A stretch of 64,000 nucleotides of DNA from Ignavibacteria bacterium UBA2333 (lineage in GTDB: Bacteria; Bacteroidota; Ignavibacteria; Kapaibacteriales; Kapaibacteriaceae), in assembly GCA_002344895.1 (NCBI GenBank), contig DDUR01000061.1, positions 125,569 through 189,568 of the forward strand, read 5' to 3'. This document shows positions 19,442 through 27,600 of the stretch, piece after piece. Positions within the stretch are counted from its first letter, which is position 1. Each line of letters opens with the position of its first letter. Made by a program: the position numbers and the translations under genes. The notes below the pieces were generated by a model. That model did no database searches. It saw only the letters and a program-made list of their open reading frames with translations, and had not been told where the DNA came from.

Positions 19442-21406
19442 TCACCAGCTTTGCGAGATGGTTGCCCGGAAGATTGTCTCGCGATACGTGCCGCCATACA
19501 CTGCAGGCACTACGCGTTCATCAAAGATATTACGTTCAGCACGTATGTCGATGTTCGCATACTCACCAAGGGCAGCTGTTACTCCGATATGATATCCTGA
19601 ACGAGCACCATAGGTATCATCCAGTGCAAGCATGAGTCCGGCATTACATGATAGTTCATCAAACACGGAGTAAGAACCTCCTATGTCAACGGTTACAATT
19701 CCATTATCCGGCTGGCCAGCGGCCGACTGAACGATGTAACCCAATCCAGCCGTTACGGACAACGGGAAGACGAAGGATAGCGACTGTTGAACGTTCACGG
19801 ACGTTACGCCATAGTCTGAAGCACCCCGAAGTGTTGAGCTGTTCTGTTGGCCATAGGTAAGTGTTGTTCCTGCACCCATTGATCCTATCCGATAATTGTA
19901 TCCGGTGGTGACATTTAACACCGTCGTACGATTGTCGAACCGCAGTAGAGTATCCGTGGCATCATTAATCTGTGCATACGGCGCGTACGACACTCTTAAA
20001 AAAGGCCAGCGTCGGATATTGAGGCCGAGTGTTCCACCGAGTGACGTGATGGTTGTTGTGCTACGTTTCCATGGTATGAGGTTGTCGAGGTCACGTCGGT
20101 AAAACAACCCAACACTCATTTGTCGTTTCCAAAAGGATTGATCTGCACGAACATCATACCGAAGGATGTCTGTTCGCAGGTTGGGTACGGCAAGAGCACG
20201 ATATCCCGGGCCAATACGCCGAATACTTGCGGTAAATCGTGTGCCTGTTTCTCGAATGTTGACAGCTGTTTGTGCGGTGGCAGCCCAGTCGAAGTATGAC
20301 GACGCTGACGAGTCCGAGAGGCCAAGGAGGAATCCTGGAACGTCGTCATCAGAGAGTGTTGGAGCAGTTCTATCAGCAACCGTGAGAGATACTGCTGCTT
20401 CTGCCTGCATCGACCACACACCTTCAATCGGCTCAACACGAAGATCGAGTCCGGTTAACATGTTCTTCTGAGGTGTAAGTGCCGTATTCGAATCAGTCAG
20501 TGCAACACTAACTGGATCGTCCTCAACAAACATTCCGGTGAGAAAGACGTGTGATCCATCACGTCTGCCGACACCTAGTCGAGCCGCATATAGGTGACGT
20601 CCGTAGGCGGAATTGTCAGCCGACGTAAACAGTCCACTGTCAACGCGCACGGAGTCGAACCGCAACAGCGGGCGTTGCATTGTACCACCGGTAACGTGGA
20701 CATAGAACCAACCTGGATTCCATTCGAGCATAGCTCCCTGGATTCGTGCGCCACTCAGTGTGATGGGTGTAAAGGTTGGGAAGACTGTGCCAACGCCAAC
20801 GGTTGGCAATGAAGCCATCACGCGTTCAACGTCTGACATAAACCCCATTGATGACAGAACATCTGTGTAGTCCGATATGTCGCCTTTTGCAACATCACGC
20901 ATTTGTTGGAGCTTTCGATATTCCTCGAGTTCCTTTAATCTTTCCGGATCTACTCGTTGCAGACTATCACGCACCTCATCATACGAATCGAGCAGCTGTC
21001 CGGCCTCCGTACGTGCATAGTCGTTCAGTGCAGCATAAGCACGCTGTGTCACGATACGTCGAACAGCGTCGGGATCCAACGTCAACGAAAAGGCATTGAT
21101 GTTCTGCCGCACATCTCGTTGTTCACTACTCACAAGAACACTTGCTGTGAGAGGAATTCCGTAAAAGAGCAGGCTCGGATTCAGCTCTGCCCTCCACAGA
21201 TCTGGAGGTTTTTCCTGGAACGATCCTTGTCGTGATGCCGACTGTCCGAGTAATCGATAACTCCCCGTGACAATGACAGGTGCTTCGCCACTCCGAGAGC
21301 CAAACACAACAAACGGATTGCGCACAGGACCATTCTGATCCTGTGCCGAGGCCACAGACAGTGCTGCCACGAGAACGAGGGCGAACCCACCAAGTTTTGT
21401 CAACAT
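19442..21406 (-). CDS. Putative outer-membrane beta-barrel protein of unknown family.
   Basis: There is a signal peptide (MLTKLGGFALVLVAALSVASAQ). The C-terminal half shows alternating amphipathic beta-strands and ends in an aromatic residue (...ISQSW). The gene lies 13 nt downstream of the RCC1 gene on the same strand. Confidence 0.5.
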   Translation of the reverse strand: MLTKLGGFALVLVAALSVASAQDQNGPVRNPFVVFGSRSGEAPVIVTGSYRLLGQSASRQGSFQEKPPDLWRAELNPSLLFYGIPLTASVLVSSEQRDVRQNINAFSLTLDPDAVRRIVTQRAYAALNDYARTEAGQLLDSYDEVRDSLQRVDPERLKELEEYRKLQQMRDVAKGDISDYTDVLSSMGFMSDVERVMASLPTVGVGTVFPTFTPITLSGARIQGAMLEWNPGWFYVHVTGGTMQRPLLRFDSVRVDSGLFTSADNSAYGRHLYAARLGVGRRDGSHVFLTGMFVEDDPVSVALTDSNTALTPQKNMLTGLDLRVEPIEGVWSMQAEAAVSLTVADRTAPTLSDDDVPGFLLGLSDSSASSYFDWAATAQTAVNIRETGTRFTASIRRIGPGYRALAVPNLRTDILRYDVRADQSFWKRQMSVGLFYRRDLDNLIPWKRSTTTITSLGGTLGLNIRRWPFLRVSYAPYAQINDATDTLLRFDNRTTVLNVTTGYNYRIGSMGAGTTLTYGQQNSSTLRGASDYGVTSVNVQQSLSFVFPLSVTAGLGYIVQSAAGQPDNGIVTVDIGGSYSVFDELSCNAGLMLALDDTYGARSGYHIGVTAALGEYANIDIRAERNIFDERVVPAVYGGTYRETIFRATISQSW

Positions 21407-21419
21407 TGTGCTGACGGTT

Positions 21420-24323
21420 TTACGGTGTTGCCAATCGCTCAACGCGAATTGGTCCTAGAGGTGGGTCAAGTGGCACAGCGGTAAGATTCGTAATCGGCCC
21501 TTCTCCTAGCTGACCGTATTCGTGTGTTCCCCATGACCATAGTCCACCGTCAGCACGAACGGCCATGGCAAACGTACTTCCTGCGGAAAGGCCAACAACG
21601 GCATCGAGACGTGAGATCTTGACGGGTGTAAAACGGCCCACACGCGATCCGTCACCAAGTTGACCAAGGACGTTATTTCCCCATGCCCAGACGGTTCCTG
21701 TTGAATCGAGAGCCAAGGAGAACGTACCACCAGCGGAGATGGCCTTAATCTTGGGCAACCCTTGCACAACCATCGGCTGATGTCGGTCCTTCGTTGTGCC
21801 ATCTCCAAGCTGACCACTTGCATTTCCGCCCCACGTCCACACTCGCCCATCCTTTCCAAGTGCCATCGTGTGATGATCACCAGCACTCACAGCAATGACG
21901 TCGTACCGAGTAGTTGAAGGGCCCCCAACGGGAGCAAGAACGGGCCACCAGATGGCAGCGGCGGTATCGTCATCAAATCCACATTGGCCATGGTCATTGT
22001 TACCCCATGTGTACACGTTACCTGTCAGTGATAACGCAACGGAGTGTGAATGACCTGCAGCAACCTGACGGATCCCCTTTAACATCCCATGTTTCAGTGG
22101 CTTTGGAATGTGGAGGATTCGTTTGATCTGCGATGCCGTTGCTGGTGTTGAAAGTTCAAAGTTGATGATGGTACCACATTCCCAGGTGCGGTTGTACCCC
22201 CACACATACACGTCACCCTTTTTCGAGAGTGCTAGAGAGTGCCGGCTTCCAGCAGCCACCTGAACTATGTCGGCAAGGCCTAACGACACCGGCTCTGACT
22301 TTTGCTCGCGGCTATCCGTACCAAGTTGCCAGTAGTCGTTATACCCCCACGCCAGGACGTCTCCGGACTGCGTGACCGCTAGCGAATGGTCCATTCCCGA
22401 CGCAAGAGACTGAACGTTTGTTGCTTTGGCAATTTTTGACGGGACCGGTACAACGGCTCCATACGGTTTGGCAACGGATTTACGCAGATTGTCGCCCCAC
22501 CCCCACACAATATTTGGACGCGGCAACATCGCAAGGGAAAGTTGCGATTGTTTTTTCATGATTTCGGGTGACACGTCAACAAGTTGATATTCCGGTCCGT
22601 CTGGTTCATCTTCACTTGATGTTGCGCCCGTGAACCCAGATGTATATTTCTGCATACCTGCGGCTGACGCAAACTTTGACTTAAGCTGCGTTGACGTGCC
22701 GTCGATAACGTTTACCTCATCCAGGATTCCCGAATTCCCCTTCAGTGTTGTAATGTCCTTCGTCAGCTGCTCACGAATCTTGACTGGCAGTTTCTCCGGT
22801 GGCGTTGCGACAAGAGCGTGATTCTCGCCCGCGTCAAGCACCAGCACAGGAAGTTTGACGGTGTCATCCTTCTCTGCATCATGGAAGGTAAAATAGTCGA
22901 CATTGATATGTGCGGATTGTGACGAGTCTCTGATGAGGATGTAGGCGGCACGGTTAAGGTACTTTACAACGTCCCAATCGACGGGTACAAGCCTATCAGA
23001 TGTGCCCCTGCGTTCATCAGCATCGGTAGAGTACAGAACAAGAAACTCTTTTGAGCTTCCAGCCAGTTTGCGTGTGCGCATGGAACCGACCGTGTCCTTG
23101 GCAAGGCGCTCTACAAGAAGCTCAACGTTGGCCATGGGGGAAACTGAGCCACCTACAAGGAAACTCACGACGCTGTGCTTAATCTGAAACTCTTGTGAGA
23201 GCATACTACCCATCGCTGCGTCACCGTCAGCAGCCCCGAGTGACGTGACCCAGTATTTGGCATGATGTCCAAGTGTGCCTAATACGGCGTGTGATTCTTT
23301 TACAGGATCATCAACAAACGATGTCCCGTCAACCGTCCAACACGACAACGTACCTAACTCAAAATCCCAGTTTTCGCCTGGACACGGTATGTCTGCAGCG
23401 AGGTCATCTGTTGCAATAACCGGTGTGCCCCTTCCGCCCCCTCCCGACGTTGTATCTCGTCCGGTGTCATCACGTCCGTCACCGTCATCATCATCACCAC
23501 CATTATCAGCAGATGACGGCATATAGGTAAACGACCATATCTCAGATTCACCGAGTGGGATTCGTGCGCGTGCGCCGTCTTCAAACGCAGCAATTTTCCA
23601 CGCATACCGTTGCTGTGGTTGGAATCTGCGTGCCGAAACGGGATACTGAAGTGTTACGCGTGGCAGACGCTGCTGTTCAAACCATGCAGGATTTCTGGCG
23701 ATGGCGTCGGCAGGCGTCTGTTTTCCGAAAATCTCCACAACGCGAATGTCGTATGAGATACGTTGACCCGGCCCAGGAGGCATACTCGGCATCCATGAGA
23801 ACACGGGTAATAGCTCGGCCACATCTGACTCGTCAGGCGGAGTAATAAGAATCGGGATTGTTAACCTATTTATGATCACAAACTTACAGTCGCGTCCAAG
23901 CACCTGATCATTCTCTGCGAGGATTACCTCGCAGCAGATCGTGTAGTCGCCTGTAGGGACACTTCCCGTTTGTAATAGTGCGTCGCGATATCGAGGATTG
24001 GATTCATCAACGGTCACAGGCTGGACATCATTTCCGGTAACACGTGTACGTCCGGGCTGCAGCGTAAACACCTTCGTACGCGCGTCTGCGATGATACCAT
24101 CAGGTATTGACGTTTCTTCTGCGGTACCATGGAGATAGACCTCCAGGGGACGTCCAGACTGATTGTCGAGATCAATTTTCCAGAGATCACCAATTCGTAA
24201 TTGATTTGGTGGTGGCTGGGTTAATCGAATGGTAACGCGCTCCTGGCTCCGTGACGATTGAATCGTCAAGAGTAGGAATAGGACGGCTATCAGTGCGCCC
24301 CCGCGACTGTGTCTTCTCCTCAT
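21420..24323 (-). CDS. Secreted protein with a C-terminal RCC1 (regulator of chromosome condensation / ATS1-like) repeat beta-propeller.
   Basis: At least six repeats match the RCC1 pattern, including AGSRHSLALSKKGDVYVWGYN..., AGHSHSVALSLTGNVYTWGNNDHGQCG, AGDHHTMALGKDGRVWTWGGNASGQLGDG, AGGTFSLALDSTGTVWAWGNNVLGQLGDG and AGSTFAMAVRADGGLWSWGTHEYGQLGEG. There is an N-terminal signal peptide (MRRRHSRGGALIAVLFLLLTIQSSRSQ) and an Asp/Gly-rich linker. Confidence 0.75.
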   Translation of the reverse strand: MRRRHSRGGALIAVLFLLLTIQSSRSQERVTIRLTQPPPNQLRIGDLWKIDLDNQSGRPLEVYLHGTAEETSIPDGIIADARTKVFTLQPGRTRVTGNDVQPVTVDESNPRYRDALLQTGSVPTGDYTICCEVILAENDQVLGRDCKFVIINRLTIPILITPPDESDVAELLPVFSWMPSMPPGPGQRISYDIRVVEIFGKQTPADAIARNPAWFEQQRLPRVTLQYPVSARRFQPQQRYAWKIAAFEDGARARIPLGESEIWSFTYMPSSADNGGDDDDGDGRDDTGRDTTSGGGGRGTPVIATDDLAADIPCPGENWDFELGTLSCWTVDGTSFVDDPVKESHAVLGTLGHHAKYWVTSLGAADGDAAMGSMLSQEFQIKHSVVSFLVGGSVSPMANVELLVERLAKDTVGSMRTRKLAGSSKEFLVLYSTDADERRGTSDRLVPVDWDVVKYLNRAAYILIRDSSQSAHINVDYFTFHDAEKDDTVKLPVLVLDAGENHALVATPPEKLPVKIREQLTKDITTLKGNSGILDEVNVIDGTSTQLKSKFASAAGMQKYTSGFTGATSSEDEPDGPEYQLVDVSPEIMKKQSQLSLAMLPRPNIVWGWGDNLRKSVAKPYGAVVPVPSKIAKATNVQSLASGMDHSLAVTQSGDVLAWGYNDYWQLGTDSREQKSEPVSLGLADIVQVAAGSRHSLALSKKGDVYVWGYNRTWECGTIINFELSTPATASQIKRILHIPKPLKHGMLKGIRQVAAGHSHSVALSLTGNVYTWGNNDHGQCGFDDDTAAAIWWPVLAPVGGPSTTRYDVIAVSAGDHHTMALGKDGRVWTWGGNASGQLGDGTTKDRHQPMVVQGLPKIKAISAGGTFSLALDSTGTVWAWGNNVLGQLGDGSRVGRFTPVKISRLDAVVGLSAGSTFAMAVRADGGLWSWGTHEYGQLGEGPITNLTAVPLDPPLGPIRVERLATP

Positions 24324-24621
24324 GTTCGGCCTCTCGAACGCCGTGAACCTTGTTTTGAACCGTTCCGAACATACCACGGAAATCGTTCCGTGCAACATCA
24401 CGGAACATCATCAGACAATGTTTGGCCTTGTTTGGCTCACATCTGGCAACAACGCTGTCGATGTGATGAACTGTCCGATATGCCGTAGTTCAGTTTGGCG
24501 CACCCGACGATCTCACGAAGGAAAATGTTCCCTCCACATGGAACAGAAATCATTCTGAGTTGTACGAGTCGATTCGTGGCGTATGTTCGCCACAGGTTCA
24601 TGTAACAGGGAGGAGTTGGCG
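24324..24621. promoter_or_regulatory. Divergent intergenic/promoter region between the RCC1 operon and the giant-gene operon, containing operator-like inverted repeats.
   Basis: A perfect 7-bp inverted repeat with a 4-bp spacer, CACGGAA-ATCG-TTCCGTG, lies at 24375–24392. A palindrome GAAC-C-GTTC lies at 24357–24365, and further GGAAC/GTTCC half-sites follow. GGAGG lies 9 nt upstream of the ATG at 24622. Confidence 0.4.
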
Positions 24622-27600
24622 ATGAAGAGGATCGCCCTCAACGTTGGCGCAATTTCGCGGCGACGCATACCTCGCATTTCGGCTGATGCACGCTCTGCGG
24701 TTGTTGCATTGGTTGGTGCCGAGAGTGTCGTCCTGAGCAGACGGCGCGCCCTAGGCGTGGCCGGTGCGCTTGGTATTCTTGCAGCTCCTGCGGCTCGTGC
24801 CGTAGAGAGTGCACTTTCAGATTCCTATCGAATTGTACGCCGTGGACAGCGTATCGCCATCGTCGTTGCCGACGTTGAGCGGTGGGTTCTCGACCCGTCC
24901 ATGTTCGACGGTAGTCCCGAGACGTTCTATTCGGAGTCCGACGATGGTATTCGCCTGGAACTCCGCCATGCACGATATCCCGGCACATCGATCTCGGCCG
25001 ATATTGTTGCCGAGATTTCACGCGGCACAACACCCGTCGTGCGATTTACGGGTCCGCTATTTGCTGCCCCTTCGTCCGCACCGTTACTTGCATGGCTGCT
25101 CGAACGTGAGAGATACGAAACAACGTGCGCCGTTCGTGCACTGAAGGGATTGCAGTTTGCGGCAGTACTACCCAACGCATCAACGATACGATTTCGGCCT
25201 ACGTGGTCCTTTACCGTCGATGGTCGTGCTGACGTTACGATTGACTCGTTACAGCTACCGTGTGACCGACTTGATGTCCAACTGTTAAAGGCACAACGGT
25301 CGCGTCCATCGTCTCTACTTTCCGGCTCTGCATCGTCTGGTACGTTCCTTCGTGCTGTTCGCGGTACATCTGCGTGGAACATTCCCCTTCAGTTTTCTGT
25401 GAGCCCATCGGCAGAACTTGAGGTTGATGCCGATGCGTTTGACACGTGTTCACTTGAAGTACGCAGTGATGGTCGATTTGCAGGTTTGCTGGAAGGGGGC
25501 CGAGAAGGGGCAAGTAGATTCCAACTCATTCATCATGATGGCCATGTTGGATTCCGCGACGTTCGATATGCATGGACATCGGCAAATGGTGATCGTCATG
25601 AGGCCTTTGTTGCACGATATGCGTCAACACCATCGTGGATTCGCGCACATGGTATTGCCTTTGAGATAAGTGATCGCGAAGGTTTACCTGCATGTGAACT
25701 TGTACGACGTAATGGAGTTGTAGAGCGGTTTGTTGTTGCTCCGGCACTGAACCGCTATCACATCTCGGTTGCAAACGCAGCAACGGAACCAACGGCGGTT
25801 CCCGCCGCATCACAACTTGCCTTCCTGTGTTCGGCTGTTGCACCATCTGCGCTACCAAAGCCACACTTCGCTATGACAGCCGTTCGGCTGGAACCGGCAC
25901 AACAGTTTTCGCAGCAAACACAGATTGATGTCTTCAAAAAGGATACAAAACCGAATATTAAGGTTGGCAAACAATCTGGACGGTGGAGCAAAAAGCCAAT
26001 TGTGTTTGCGACAAATCCGCGCGTTACTGTTATCCGTCCTGAAGACCTGCTCGTCCTGACGTTTGAGTTCCAGAACATTACACTCAACAAGGCTGCGGGC
26101 ACGTTTGCGGCGAGTGGAACAAACTCACGATTAATCGTCCACTTCCAGCCACAGCACATTGCTGAGCGAGCGTTCTTCTATGTTACGGACGACGACACGC
26201 CGAAGGATAAGGTAAATGCCTCTGAAGCACCGGCCAGTGCGCCGAAGAATCAGTCAGGGAACGAGCCTCGTCTTGACCCACCGATTGAGGCCATCATGGC
26301 TCATTCGTCGCGACTTGTCTTTTCCCTTCCGAACGGACACTCCGGTAAGTTTTCTATTGAGGGATTACTCGACTGGTCAAAGCTGAAAATGGTTGTCTCG
26401 CCATCAGCCAAACCGCCTGATGCCGAGTTTGTATTGAGTGTGCTGGCAAAGTCTGCCGTCTCAAAGTTTGGTGGCATTACTGCACCTAAGGATCCCAAGC
26501 CGGGTGGATCGTTCCTCGCCAAAAAGGGCAAAACATCTCAGACAAAGACGTATGCTCTCAGTGGTGGAATAGCGTCGAAGGTAAAATCTTCCACGAAGGC
26601 AGTTGTTGAATCGAATGCCGACATTGCCACCACGATCTCGCCTCAGTTACAGGCAGAGTTAGCAGCAGCTATACTTGAAAAACCGCCGATTCGTGAACCG
26701 AAAGATGACGAAACGGCAATCGAGTATCCGTATCGGCTGTTTATGTCGCCGAACAAGTATGCGGCCTGGGCACACAGCACAAAGGCAAAAATTGACGACG
26801 AACGGCGCGCCGAACTTTGGCATACACGACTCGGCGTACTGCATGCCAGCGGCGAAGTCAACGAAAATGCTGCCTACTTCCGGACGATGCGGGCAATATG
26901 GACGCCCGACATGAAGATTGCCTACAACGTAACGTCGGCAGCTCGTGAGCGTCCGTTCCGTACATCGATTAACAGACGTGACCGGCGCGAACTTGTTCAG
27001 CTCATGAGTGACTATTCACTCAAGGACACGGAAGTAAAGCCGGTTGATGTAAAACGGTTTATGATGACATCACTCGGCGCTTGGGCAGACATGACAGGTG
27101 TCTGGGATCCAAAGGACGGCGAGCTTGACGTAGAACAATGGATTCAGCGCGGTACTCAGGGACGTGATCACTTTGTGCGTATCTGTTACAAAGGTTATCT
27201 CTTCCCGTTTGGACATCGTGCGACACTTGTGAAGGAAACGGAGCGCAAGTTCCGACGGACACCTCGTGGTGACATGGCTGCCTACCTCATGCAGCGTATG
27301 TACATCATCCTGCGTCAACCCGTACGTGACTATCCTGCAGCTGGACTTGCTGGTATGCAGTTCCAGGGTCGGGAGTTCCCCTTCCGTCGAATCACAATTA
27401 CAACGAAGATCACGCCAAATCTTTACGATCCTGGGCTTACGGCCTTGGATGTAGCGAACATGGGGCCAAACTCATTCTGGCCTCAGTTTGACGCAAACGG
27501 TCCGGTTGACGTGAAGTGGTCGTGTATTGGCACTGATTGGGATAATAACGAAGTACACTTCAGTGCACCTCTGGCCTTTATCGCCAACACGGCCGCTATT

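Noticed and set aside
24440-24470. A sigma-54-like -24/-12 element (TGGCAACAACGCTGTC).
   Set aside because: The -12 GC dinucleotide and the spacing do not fit the TGGCAC-N5-TTGC consensus, so it is probably fortuitous.
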